Source of the DNA: Ostrea edulis
Lineage: Eukaryota
Direction: 5' to 3'
DNA: 64,000 nucleotides
Assembly: GCF_947568905.1 (NCBI RefSeq)
Contig: NC_079164.1
Span: 88,040,001 to 88,104,000, forward strand
Part shown: positions 1 through 13,800 of the stretch, one piece after another
How positions within the stretch are numbered: position 1 is the stretch's first letter
Layout of the letters: every line of letters begins with the position of its first letter
The notes under the pieces: generated by a model
The model's input: the letters and a program-made list of their open reading frames with translations, nothing else
Databases searched by the model: none
Told to the model about the DNA's origin: nothing
Program-made: the position numbers and the translations under genes

Positions 1-1574
1 TAAATGTAATGCTATATTTCATCCAAGCATGATATATCTTTCGTTCATTGAACAAATATTAGTGTCTTTAAATTGTCATACTTTTAACCCACTTTGATAA
101 TGAGGTACATTAAAAGTATCCTTTTGTATCTGTTTATAACATCCGCTAATTTGGGTCGTGAGGTATTGATATTGAGGCTGCGGTGTTCTTCCTCTTGAAG
201 AGAACGCTCTGCATTGGTCTATAATTACATTCTTGATAATTAAGTCAAGATTTGTGGGTGATATAAATTAAAATAAAATGCTTCTCTTTAAATCCTGATC
301 TGGGAACAAAAGGCAGTTTTCATGAGTATTGAATTATAACCCTTGTATTGATTTACAGTCTCGGTGTTGACTCTTAGCTGTGGTACTCAGTACCAACTGT
401 TTGCAGAAAGACACACCTTTACTTTTAAACTCCAGAGATTTTGTGCAGAATGTCACTTTTATGGAACTTAAAAATTTAGGTTAAAGTAACTTTCAAGTGT
501 TGTTATCATAAATGGGAGAAGGAAAAAGATGCTTTCTACTAGTATTAGAGGACCATAAAACTGCTATATGGTAGATGACCTTTGGATATAAAAGGGACAT
601 GGATATATATGTTTAATGTTACACATGTCAAAAAAGTATGAAAGAAAACAAAATGTGTCCAAAATTTACTGAACTCGGTTATATATCTAGTCAACACACT
701 AGGTTCCAGTCATCATCATTGTACAGGTATACTGAGGCTTTAAAAACTTGGTCAATGGGAGAAAACTCCAGCTTAAATTTGTTTAAAGATGAAAAATAAT
801 CTTAAGTGCTCTCCCTTACTCCATATTCATGAAACTTATACAGACTCTGTTTTTGGTAAATAATCAATAAAGTAAACTGTAGATATATGGATGTTTTGTG
901 TGTATCTTAAACATAGGACCGATGTGTGTTCTATTCATTACAGCACATAAATTGCCTTTGGCTGTATTTGACGAGTGGTGATTATTAACAATAACTAACT
1001 TTTCTGGGTAGGAGCGAAATGTGAAACACCTGTGCATTTCTCAAAGTTTCAAAGACAGACATGTTCTTGTACACCCATCATAGGCAGGGTGCAGTGCATC
1101 TGTTCGTCTGTGCATTTGTCAACACCTTATGGGTCAAATAAAAACAGGACTAATAAATAAAACTATAGGATCATCAAACTTGGTGCACTAAATCCACGGG
1201 TTGAATTTGAGCACACTTGGTAGGTTGCTTGACGTAAACATGGCTACATTGAATGCTGGTTAGCCTTTGTGTAGGTGCTCTGAGACTTAGAAACTGTGGT
1301 TACATTTTTAAGCCCCCAATAATACTTTATTATATATACTTAATATTTTGTCACTCCCCAGGGAACAACAGACTTAAGTCATCTATCAAAATTATTGTAT
1401 TATATGCATCATATGATTCTGATGACACTGTAGCTACCCGTATATGTATGGGTTGCAATTAGTAAAGATATATGAATCTGAATTAACTCACAAAGGAAAA
1501 AAAATTCTGGAAAAATTGATATTGAAGAAAAAAACATAAAAGAAATGACAATAAATTGTTTGAATTGGAACATT

Positions 1575-3243
1575 TTTTTTTAGGTCTGTTGTGGGAAAAT
1601 ACTGGAATCGGGTTGTCCTTCTGTCTGTCTGTCCGTCCGTCCGTCCGTCTGTAGACGCAATGGTTTTCGGGCTCTAAAGCATTATCCTTTCCACCTACCG
1701 TCACCATATCATATATATGGACTACCCATGGGATGAAGATGTTCCCTATCGATTTTGGGGTCAAAAGGTCAAAGGTCAAGTGCACTGGACATCGAAGTAG
1801 CAATATGGTTTCCGGGCTCTAAAGCGTTATCTTTTCCACTTACAGTCACCATATCATACATATGGACTACCCATGGGATGAAGATATTCCCTATCGATTT
1901 TGGGGTCAAAAGGTCAAAGGTCAAGCGCACTGGACATTGAAGTAGCAATATGGTTTCCGGGCTCTAAAGCGTTATCTTTTCCACTTACAGTCACCATATC
2001 ATACATATGGACTACCCATGGGATGACAGGGGTCGAAATTAGCGAGAAATACTCGCAAAATGCGAGTACATGTGAAAAATAGCGAGTAAAAATAATGGAC
2101 ACTCGAAAATCTTAGCGAGTGGTGATTTACAAACTATGATCGTATCGTATCCGTTTTATACGGTGATGCGCTATTCGCTTTTCTCAAACTTGCACTCTGA
2201 ATCATACAAACGCTTACATGAACGACCGATTTCAATAACCGTTTTTATCCGGATTTTTCTTTTATGATTTTTTAAGAAACTCGGAGTCAAACAAATGCTT
2301 TAGAGATTGGACATCGCATATCGACATGTGCCACGAGTCCTGTTCACCTATAGGGGTGATTAAATTGAATAATTCCAAGTATGACGTTTTTGTTATTCAT
2401 TTATCTACAAAAAAATATCGGAATCAATGTTTTACCAAGTCTTCCGGTAGTTATTTTTATCAGAATCATGAGAATGTCATTGTCATATTGAGGTCGGGTT
2501 GTAGTGACGACACGGGTGTATTTCTCACCGCGTAGACAATTATCAAAAAAGTCATAGGACTCGTGATCGTGCTGCTTATAAAGCCATGAGTCCTGTATTC
2601 GCTTTAAAAAATCACTAATGACAACCCTGATGTGGCATGAAATTGGAAGACTGGATCTAGACCTGCGGTAAACAAGTCGTGGATTAGACTGTTAGAGGTG
2701 CGATAATCAAGAGACCTAGACATTGCACCATATGACTTACGTAACTTAGTGTCTTGTCCAAACGCTGCCTGTTGACCCACTAGGCTCAGTAATGATGGGG
2801 AAAATCACTGATTGAAAATATATATATATAAAAAGAGCACTGCTTCATTATTTTCATTTTAGCTTGTAGGTTTTCATTTTAGCCTGTGGATTTTTTACCC
2901 ACAGGCTAAAATTAGCCTGTGGTAGAAAAAGTTAATTTTGACCCCTGGATGAAGATATTCTCTATCGATTTTGGGGTCAAAAGGTCAAAGGTCAAGCGCA
3001 CTGGACATCGAAGTAGCAATATGGTTTCCATTTAAATTCTTTAACGGCTTTTTTCATCGCATGGAGATGCTGTGTTCCTAGATAATCCATTTCTCCCTAC
3101 AAACGAGAATACCCAAGGTTTGTCATGCCATTTGTTTTTTACACTCAGAAAAGAGGTAGGTTATACCTATTACCAACACCCTTTGGGAGATTGGGGTAAG
3201 CGGGGGGTATTGTTAGTGAGCATTGCTCACAGTACCTCTTGTT
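1575..3243 (+). mobile_element. Helentron/HINE-like element with (GTCT/GTCC)n and 145-bp core repeats
   Basis: Microsatellite at about 1620-1650; 145-bp period (1731, 1876, 2021); 3' end matches the reverse complement of 40264-40340. Confidence 0.6.
2027..2947. mobile_element. Non-autonomous hAT-like TIR element with 5-bp TSD
   Basis: TIR CAGGGGTC(G/A)AAATTA; TSD GATGA at 2022-2026 and 2948-2952; interrupts a 145-bp core repeat. Confidence 0.75.
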
Positions 3244-6185
3244 TTTACATATTCTAACTGTTTAATTGTGGCTTTAAAATTAACTTATTAAGTGTGTATT
3301 GGTCAATCCTTCTCATGGTTAATTTAAAATTAACTTATTAAGTGTGTATTGGTCAATCCTTCTCATGGTTAATTATTTGTTTATGAGACAGATACATGTG
3401 TGATAACAGTAGATACTGGTACAGTACCTCTTTTTGAAAATAATTGTATATTTTGATTTTGTTGGGGGTATCGGAACTTATCCTAGCCAGGTAAAAAAAA
3501 AGGCATACCTGTACCAGTGAATTATGTAATTAACATGTGCATGTATTCCAAAGTGTTTATTACTTTTCCAAAATTCATTTCCCTTTGATGTTAAATTAAA
3601 AATGATTTGCTTTCAAACCAATTTCTGTCACAGAAATGAAGACAACTTTCAATTAGGAGTCCTAAATATTAGGTTTATAGAAATGGTGGTGGTAATTTTA
3701 GAAATGACATGCATGTATTGAACATCTAAGTTACATTGCCTACAATGGGCAGGGAATGAGAAAGCAACCTCAAGTATGTAATCAGGGTGCACTTAAATGA
3801 ACTACTTGAACTTAATTTGTATCTTACAACAATTTTTCTTGTCATCAGACATGCTTAGAATGAACAGAGTAAATATGGTACATAAGACAGTTGTTAAGGG
3901 TGATTGCATAGAGCCAACAAGCAATGGACTATATGTAAATATAGACAAATTATATCAGCAAAGGACTTCCTTAGAAAATCAGTCAATGTTGGTGGATGGT
4001 AGAATTGACTTTCATTGTTTGGTAGAAATAGACAACCAGAACATAAAGGTATTCCACAGGAAAGGCAGACAAACAGCGGCTGTGTCAACACAGAAGATAA
4101 AGCCTCCATATTATAGAATAGTGACCAGGCAATATCATAAATTCAACAATTTTCTTGAAATAATTCATTGTTGTATTCAGCATTGCTAGACGGTCTTTGT
4201 TGTAACCCTGGGTTTGATTTGTCTAATCCAAACTGGGGACCAAATTGTAGGTAGATCAAACAAGGCCAGGGAGATTAAGTCCTGCACCTCTCATAGCACT
4301 GCCAAGTCTTAATAAGAAATAGTTTAAACCCACAAAGACGATCTAACTGAAGTATCTGTAGGTTTTCTGGGTCTCTCCCTGTGTATACTAGCTGACCCAA
4401 TCTAATCAATATTGAATCACGCTGTAAACAATTATTTCCAAAGATAACAATTTCATTTCGACGCGGGACGTTCGTTTTGGAGGATTTTGGTCTGTCTCTT
4501 CAGAGCCTGCCTGACTTTCTGTAAATTGGGGGGTCAGTACTGAAGGTTTATAATGTTTGGGTGAAGTGTTCTGGATTATTCATTCTGTTTATTACTAGGA
4601 TGTTGTTTTCACACCTGTAACAAAGGTATTTTTGGAAGGTAAAATTTGGAGGTACTGGTACCATATAATGACTATTGATGATGTATGTACTTTAAAATCT
4701 TGAAACATTTCTAAAGATTCACATTGAAAGTTAAAAAATATGACGTTTTGAATTTTAGAGAAGAGTCAGTTGTTATAATTATGAAAATGAAATTTAAAAA
4801 GTTAATTTTGTAGTCTTTAGTTTCCTTGCAACTGCATGTGGTTTGGCTTAAGATGGTTTGTCATTTGTATATCACCGGGTGGATATGGGATTGAAGTTAC
4901 AATATTCAGCTTAAGTTTCAGCATTTAAATGTTTTAATTAATAACAATTAGAGTATTGATGTACACATCACTATTGTTCCAAGAAGAGCATTATTATATA
5001 TACGGATGGATTTTTACAAAGAAGGGTCGATGTGGAATATAAACTTGGAAACAATATCAGATTTTATTCTGTTATTAAGTTATTAAATCCTAGTTTTCCT
5101 TTAGCAATATGAGGTTTTTTATTGCTTGAACTTGTAAAGTTGATAGAAAATTCTCACTTTATCAACCATGCATTTGGAATAACACATTAAACAATTTCAC
5201 AAAGTTTAGTTACTGCAATCCACACATGGAGCAATTATCCTTTTCATCTTTAGTGAAGATTTAGTTCCCATTTCATAATTGCTCTTTAACAAGGAAGGAA
5301 GAGATCAGTGCTCTGATGAATCTATTAGTTATCACTTTAAAATGGCTGTAACTTTAGTTTTCTGATGGCTGAGAAAAGTATCATGAACCAATTTATACTG
5401 TCCTATAGAATGTGAAATACTTTCTGTGACTTTATTCATTAAATTAAGGTCCTCAGTAAAACTTGGTTAAGTCCGACCAGCTTAACAATTTCATTTAAAC
5501 TTTTACTTCTCTGGACACAATATCTGTTGACAGTGTATAGCCATTTGGTGACTGTCACTTTTTGTCTTTGACAGTACCTGAGGGTGGACACAATAGAAAT
5601 TTACAACCATTAGAAACATATCAGAAACTTAATCCACTGGCCTGTTATTTGTTCCATTCTTGTTGATTATTGTAGGTGTTTAACTCTAGTTAAAAAAATG
5701 TACTACCGATACGACAGAGATAGCTGGTGGATAAGCAAGTCAGCTTTAAATGTCACTTTGTGGCTTTTAATGGGTGAAAGGACAGGATTGTCTCTTTGTG
5801 TTTATGGAATGCTTTGTCTTTGATATATATGCTAATCAATAGGAACTCTGGGTTAAAACAATGCAGTATAACTGAGCTATCACCAGTGAAATATTACAAG
5901 GACAAAAAATATTAAGTGAGAAGTGGTTTGGAATTTTTTGTCAATTTATAAATCGTTGATATGGACTACTTGGAAATTACATGAATAGGAATTTGGATTT
6001 GAAAAATAATCTCTGATGTTTCTACATGTGAATGGAATTAAATCTTATTCACAAATGGTTCATTTTGTGCAGTTGGAATATTCACATTCAATTTGATTTA
6101 AACTCTGTCTTTTATTTGTCTTGGACAAGGGATAAGTGTTGATTATTCCATGCGATTGCATTTAGTTTAGTGTTTGTTTATAATC

Positions 6186-7806
6186 ATGAGTCGTTGGTCG
6201 ACTCTCCCTAAAGAGTCTCAGTACTCTAGAAATGGTGAGAGGTTTAGTAAGACGGGCTGGAGGGACAGACCAAAATCAGACCACTTCTCCCATACTCACA
6301 GGCCAGATTACAGACCACATGTGGATTTGGACAACAAAGGAAATAAATCGGCACGGAGAAAGCCTCGCCCAACATCGTTCCCCTCAGATGTGAAGGAATA
6401 TGAAATTAAACACAACAAAGAGAATTTGAATCAGGATAATAACTTCAGAAACAAAAATCACAAGGAAATATCTGGAGATGTTAAGAATAATGTAAAACAT
6501 TCAAAGATTCCAAAACGCAGGGAAGGAGTTGTAAAACGTGAGGATGGGAAGCATGGGAATGGACACAGCACCGTACGTATAAACGATCACACGATACATA
6601 AACAGGTCCCGAAACAGAGCAAGATGTCTAATCAATACGTCAACGATAACCAGGTGTGGACAGACAGTCCAAGAAGTGACGAACCGACTCACAGAGGCAG
6701 GCGACACCAGCAAGTTGAAATCAATGTGGAAATAACCCCCCACCCAAGAAAAAGAGCTCCCGACCAATTAGATGACGGTCTGTCAACACACAGAGGAAAT
6801 CCTGGGACACATCGTAGTCGCCCAGTGGAAAACTCCTCTAGAAACCAGTATATTCCCAGTCAGTTCACTCACGAGGAAGGACGTGGAAGTCCAAGGGTGA
6901 ATATTACATACAGAGGTGATCCTAGAGGCCCAAGGGGCTCTGGTAAACATTATGGTGAGGGTCATAGTTATAACCACAGGTCATCTCCGTCCAGTCACAC
7001 TGACAGTGTCGACAGTTTGAAGAAAGCCAGCAGTAACAAAAACTTTGATCCTGCAGTGCAATATGTAATAAGATCCAAGGCCAATTCCAGAGCTTCCTCA
7101 ACATCTAAGGCTCCTGACCCTAGCTTGTCGGAAATGGAGAAACATGCACCTGCTGACGGTGCTTATCATAACTCCAACCAAAAGGTGACCAACACAGCAC
7201 AATACCTGGACAATCCTAATGTTAGTGCTGCTCCTTTTATGGATGAGAAGGACAGACAGTACCAGCAGAAGAATGTTAAAATTGCCAACTACGTACAGAG
7301 TAACACACAACACCGGTATGTGGATGAGAATTCTGATTCCACGACATCTTACAATAGCCTGTCTCAAAGTGAACAGAACGGTGTTCGCAATGGGAAATCT
7401 GTTCAGTTTACTGATGAGCCCCGTAATAATGACATGTCACGGACATCCAATCCTCAAGGTCATCTGTCATATCAGAGTGAGAAACCAAATAATCAGAACC
7501 TGCAAACAAACATTAATGGACAAAAATTTGCTCCAAATCAACCTTATTCTAACGGGAACCAACCTATGCAAAACTCGGACAATGTGACTAGCAATAAGCT
7601 AAATCAGGAATACCAATTCCCTGATTCCGAGGATGAAGACGACGGTTTGGATTTGAATGACATTGATTCCGTGTATGAGGGAAATGATGCTTATGTATGT
7701 TACCTGATGACAGACGATGGAGGAATGGCTGGCCCTTTACGACTGGACATTAATGATGTCCAAGTTGGCCTGCCCAGCGAAGTAAAGGTTAAGGAGAACA
7801 ATTCAG
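6186..7806 (+). CDS. Large low-complexity (N/S/R/Q/H-rich) coding exon, probable alternative first coding exon of the kinesin
   Basis: 554-codon ORF in AT-rich DNA; ATG 6186 has A at -3 and an in-frame TAG upstream at 6168; donor AG|gtatgg at 7807 is phase 1 and matches the phase-1 acceptor at 10743. Confidence 0.7.
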
Positions 7807-10800
7807 GTATGGTATTGAATTCCATTAGCAACTGCTAAGTGTCTACAAGGGAAAATTGCTTTTATTGAGCTCTTTTTTTCCTTCATGTCATGGTACCGAA
7901 CAACAAACATTGAGAGAAAATTTTATGTAAATTATTGCAGCTTAACAACCCGTAATTGAAAATCTCGTGTATTTACTTTTGTGACACTGGGCTTTGAATT
8001 TCTACACTTGAAGAGTCGGCATTATTGATGCTTGAATTGATTTTCAAATGAACATCTACTTAAACACCTTTATGACATGCAGGTAGACGATTTGAGCATG
8101 TCTTGGTACACAAATGCAGTTGAGTCTTTTTTTTTTGTATTCATTTGTTTAGTATTGCAAGAATTGTTGAAGACACCAGCTCCTGGAAACCGTATACAAT
8201 ATAGTAATTTGCATTGTTACTTTACTTGGTTCTTAGATCATCATTTCATGAATATAGGAATATCCCCCGAGTTACCAGAAATTAATTTTGATATTCGTTC
8301 CATATTAATGACAGATCTTCCCTTGTGTTTATTCTAGATTCTCATTTATTAGGACTGTAATACATATTAGCTTGAGTTAGATTTAAAGGATTAAAATACA
8401 CTATATACTTAAACCAGCTTAATGAATTTTCTGTGTAGTTTATCTAGTGTTGACATTTTATGAACCAGGAGATGAATGGGTATTTGGGTACTTCAACCTG
8501 AAGAAGGCCAAAAATGGATCAATCTCTTAGGTTTATGGGTCATACTTTGAATTTGTATGATATATATACTTTCACAATACATTTACTTTGAATTTCCACC
8601 CCTGCTTTATTATCACGTTTGTTGGTTTGGGCATGGCAGAGGTATAGTCTGAACGATTGATTGATGTTTTCAACCAACGATATAAAGAGTCAAAATGGTT
8701 AGGGCCAGTTTATAAGGGACAGTATATAGTTTTTCAATGATCAAAGATAAATTGGGGCAAAATAGAATATTGTGTCGCAGGATGGTCGCCAAGCATTAAA
8801 CTAGCAAGACAAGTTTTATGGTTTATACTGTTTTAATACATTCGAGTCATACACAAATATTCATCATCCTTTACTGTACTTCAAAAACCGAGTCAAATGA
8901 AGAAGGGATCTGTAACGATAAAATTTGTAGAAACAATTTTAAATACAGATACACTGTTACAATACACATACAACACTGACTTTGCTTCACTTTACACAGA
9001 CTACATTAATTTGCTGCACGCACATTTTACACATTATTTACATTTTACTGCATACTTCACTATACTATACTTTATAGCATTTTACTGCATATACACATTA
9101 CACACTGCATTTTACTGCATATACACATTATACACTGCATTTTACTGCATATACACATTATACATTGCATTTTACTGCATATACACATTATACATTGCAT
9201 TTTACTGCATATACACTATACTTTACTACATAGCATTTTACTGTGTACTCTGGGTGTTTCCCTATAGCTGGACATGAACAGTACACCGTACATTTACGTT
9301 TAGGTAAATATATACATTTGAAATAAAATAGCACATGAATGTAGTGTGTACTCACAATTAAGAACTATCACGGTAAATACTATTATAAATTTTAATTAAA
9401 AGAACTTGGTACGTTGGCCATTTTAGGAATAAATGTGGAATAAAAATATTGAAGTAATGAGTAAACTTACCTCAGAAGTAGTGGACTCTGGTCACAAGGT
9501 ATTAAAACTTCAGATGACTATTGCAAGATGAAATACATGAACATCAATGCTGATAAATGCGGCCGCACCCGGCAGTTGCTACACCCAAGCTTACTGCACG
9601 GGATTTAAATGTACAAGAATACCTGGTGAACTATTCAGATACTATGGAAACACATTGAATGACATATTTAACTATTGAAAAGGATTAAAACCGTAACATC
9701 TATGGAGCTATAATTGAGAAATATATATATACATTAATTGTGACATATTGCTAGCGCTGTAGAAGATCTATGTATGGACCTACCTAAAATATTTCAATTC
9801 AGAAAGCAAAGTTCATTTTTATACCCCCCGCAAACGAAGTTTGGGGGGGTATACGGGAATCACTTTGCCGGTCTGTCCGTCCGTCCGTTTGTCCGTAGAC
9901 GCAATTTGTCCGAAGTTTATTTCTAATACCGCTGGACATATTTCATTCAAACTTTATGCACATCTTCTATATATTATGTAGTTGTGCATCTCCTATTTTC
10001 ATTGAAATATTTTATCAGTTATAGAAGTTACGCACATTTTCTTTTCAATTAAGCATATTTTTAATATTTCATATACTGCTGTACTGTAGAATATACACTT
10101 CTGCATTCACATTGATTGCCCTGTAGATAATGTGAAAATATCCAATGTGCTTGCATTAAATATTTCCCATCATCTTATATGCCCCGCGGGGGGTATTAGT
10201 CCCATTAGGACAGTTCTAGTTTATTTTGAAGAAGAGTGTATGTATAGCTTTCTGATTGATATTATTACAGAAAATTTTTGAAGAGCATGGTATATATATC
10301 GTTCCACATATGTATTTCTCAAAGATAAAAAAAGATAGATTATATTCTCTCATGTGCTCAATGTTTTTAGATTTAAAAAATGAGATTGAAAATGGCATTT
10401 TCAGAGTAAAATGACAGCAGGTGCAAAAAAATGAGTTCTATCTGATATCTTATTAGGCTGTTGTTTTATTTTTCATAAGAACAATAGATTATTCTGATTG
10501 ATGTACTTCCAACCCCCACTAATCAGTTGTCATTGATGATTCTTTGATTGTTATGTGACAGTTACTGCTCCTAAATTTCCTCTTGTTGAAGTTTTCAGAA
10601 AGTAAAGGGTCACTGATACCAAACAGTATCATAGAATTGAATAACTTTCCAGATTTCCATGGCTTAGAATGAAAACAAAAATTATGGATGTTTTCATAAA
10701 AGATTTGTTTACCTGTACAATATGTGCAAATTTTACCTTTAGGAATGAGAAACAGGCAGACAGGGTCTCATGGTTTGAACGAGTTCTCCAGTCGAAGCCA

Positions 10801-13800
10801 CAGCATGCTGACGTTAACCATCGACACAGAACAACAAGACCCAGACGACGACAACCTGTACCTCACCAAGCGGGGAAAACTCACTTTTGTAGACTTGGCA
10901 GGTAATGCAGTGTATCTGTACTTGAAAGATTACATGTAGTAGGTAGAGATGGAGAAAATCTCGCATTTATTTAAAATCTTGGGAGACAATTTTTGTTGAT
11001 TGATCTGATTTTACTGGTTTGTTATAAACTTATAATAGATATAATTTATGTATGTTGAAAAATTATATAAAATGTGTAAAATTATTGTAAAATTAACTCT
11101 AAAGGCATTTAGTGTGGAAAAGAATTTCTCTTTATTACGATCCATTCCTAAAAACATGCAAGGCATTGATATCGTGTAATTTAGCGAGAAGCCTCACTTG
11201 TGAAATGATTCACTTTTATTTTATATTGCTGAAATACGCGTAAAAACTCTTAAGTTCACATGCACATTCATCTTCTCACAATTTGGTGATTGTAGCGAGT
11301 CATTTCGCAATATTAAGTACTTGTTTGAAATATTGAATATACATGCATGTTACTATCATCACATCATAACATAGTATTTTATGTTTGGTTATATAAGAAT
11401 TCTACAATGATGTATTATCACAGTATTTTATTAATGGTGGTGTACATTGATGATTTCAGGTAGTGAAAAGGTGAAAGACTCGGAATCTACAGATCAAACA
11501 TTGAAAGAATCTAACAATATCAACAGGAGTCTATTGGTGCTAGGTTAGTGCATGGACTATTATAACTCAATCCCTGTCCGGGAACTCGCTACACTGATGT
11601 GACTTAATAGACTGATGTTGGACATGTGGAACAAGGAGTGCATCACTGATGCTGTGGTGATGATTCCGTTCACACGTATTCACTTAATATGATTATCGAG
11701 ATTTTCCTTCCGGTTCAATATATTGAATATTTTCTTAGGAATAGGAAAAACAGTTTGGGGATTCAATTTACAGGGTCTCAACTTGCATATCAGATCCCAG
11801 ATATCTGTCAGTGATGTAAACTATAGTCTATTTTTGAAATTCAATTATTCAAATGGTCAGCTATAGTCTTGATAAGCACCATTGTAGAGATCTATGAAGT
11901 TTACTCGAAATTGCATTATAATCCTAATTGTGTATGATGTCAAACTTTTTTCTTCAGCATGTTGTGTATAAAGAAATAAATATAAATGGAAAAAAAACCC
12001 CATTCAGTTTCTTTTTTTCAGGAAACTGTATCTCATCCCTTGGTGATGCTAAAAAGAGGCAGGGTCATATCCCTTACAGGGATAGTAAACTGACCAAACT
12101 GCTGGCCGATAGTCTTGGTGGAAATGGAGTCACTCTAATGGTAAGTCTGGGAGGAAGTGCAGACAGTATGATTGTTAATCTGGGAGGAAATGGAGTTAGT
12201 CGGATTGTTAATCAGGGATGAAGTGGATCGAGTTATTCGGATTGTTAATCAGGGATGAAGTGGAGTTAGTCGGATTGTTAATCAGGGAGGAAGTGGAGTT
12301 AGTCGGATTGTTAATCAGGGATGAAGTGGAGTTAGTCGGATTGTTAATCAGGGATGAAGTGGAGTTAGTCTGGTTGTTAATCTGGGAGGAAGTGGAGACA
12401 GTCTGGTTGTTAATCTTGGAGGAAGTGGAGTTATTCTGATTGTTAATCTGGGAGGAAGTGAAGACAGTCTGATATTAAGTTTTGTAAGAAATGAAGTAAC
12501 TGTGATGGTGAATATGAAAAGAAATTGTAAAAACGGGAAGAAATGGTCACCCTAATAGGAAAAGGACCATGAAATATACATACTAATAATTTTGAGATGA
12601 ATTTATCTTACTTCATGTTAGATTGATAAATGACATGCTTTGTCTAATTTATAGAAAATGTGGAAGAATTTGTAACCTATCATTTCGTTGCAAAACATCA
12701 ATGAGATTTCTTTAAAAGATGAAAAGAGTTTTAGTGTGGTAACTTTATATTGGAAATTAATATATCTTTGAATGATTAATGCTCAGGTGGTACTTAAAAA
12801 AAATCCGAAGGTTTTCATCAGAAACTCTCATGAAATTATAATGGAAATATATCCTTCTGGCATTAAAAAACCTTACTGAATCTTGTAGTGTGTGGCACAC
12901 ACCTTTTTAAAATCAGGAGAAAATTGATCTCATAAAATTTTGATGACTTTTGAGTTTCCAAAACGGCAATTAATAAAACGACACCTATAGACATAAACTA
13001 GGTGCAAGCACGGGTGATATTGATCGTGCCTGTCAATTCGTGGTCGTCTCTGGTGCTAAATGATTGTCTGTATACTTGACAGACACTGAAATATCAAAAC
13101 AGGGATAATCCCTTCTTAATCTTGTTGAACCACTGCAAGATATGTGGGTCTCTGCTTTGGTCTTTACCACCGGGAGGATGACAGGTGGGGTAGAGGAAAA
13201 CTTTGTCCACGCTCTTACCTAGTACATATTATAATTGTGAATGTTAGACATGAAAGAGACTGTTATATGATACTACTAGTAGGGTGTTCCAGGTCTTGTT
13301 CAGTATATTGACTGCAGAGATGAAATAACATCTTGATAATTTGCCCAGTATTGACATTTCGATAATTGAAATTATAGCCATAAGCATTCCTTGTTTTATT
13401 TAGTATATTGAGTGCAGAGATAAAGTAGATATAAGTTTTTAAATAGATAATGTGCCCAGTATCAATGTTTTCAAAGGTGAAATTTGTAGGAGATGAAAAA
13501 TCTATTTATAGTTCATTATATCAGACTTCAGAGGTTACATGATTTTAGTGTCAGCAGAGTCATTGATCGTTCAACTTGTCAAAATGTACGATATTTTAAG
13601 TAGTATTTTTACATTGTGATAGTAATGCATGAAGTTACTGACGAATGATAATGATACATGTAACTGATATCTTACAGATCGCATGTGTGACCCCCTCGTC
13701 TCATCATATCCACGAGACCATCAACACTTTACGCTACGCCAGCCGAGCCAAAAAAATCAAAACTAAACCCATTGTCAAAATGGTATGTTCTGTGTGTACA

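Noticed and set aside
3797-4189. 130-aa ORF on + and 71-aa Cys-rich ORF on - (CLSCGIPLCSGC)
   Set aside because: No recognisable domain or splice context; the zinc-finger resemblance is limited to two CxxC pairs. A tblastx search would settle it.
4187-4345. Possible 160-bp MITE (TAGACGGTCTTTGT / ACAAAGACGATCTA)
   Set aside because: Short imperfect inverted match and no TSD.
1-6170. Upstream kinesin motor exons (P-loop)
   Set aside because: I could not find GxxxxGKT or other motor-coding exons by eye; a small exon could have been missed, but they most likely lie upstream of the window.
9460-9600. Strong GAG|GTAAGT donor on - near a GC-rich patch (possible antisense exon)
   Set aside because: A single hexamer match is expected by chance; no acceptor, ORF or partner exon identified.
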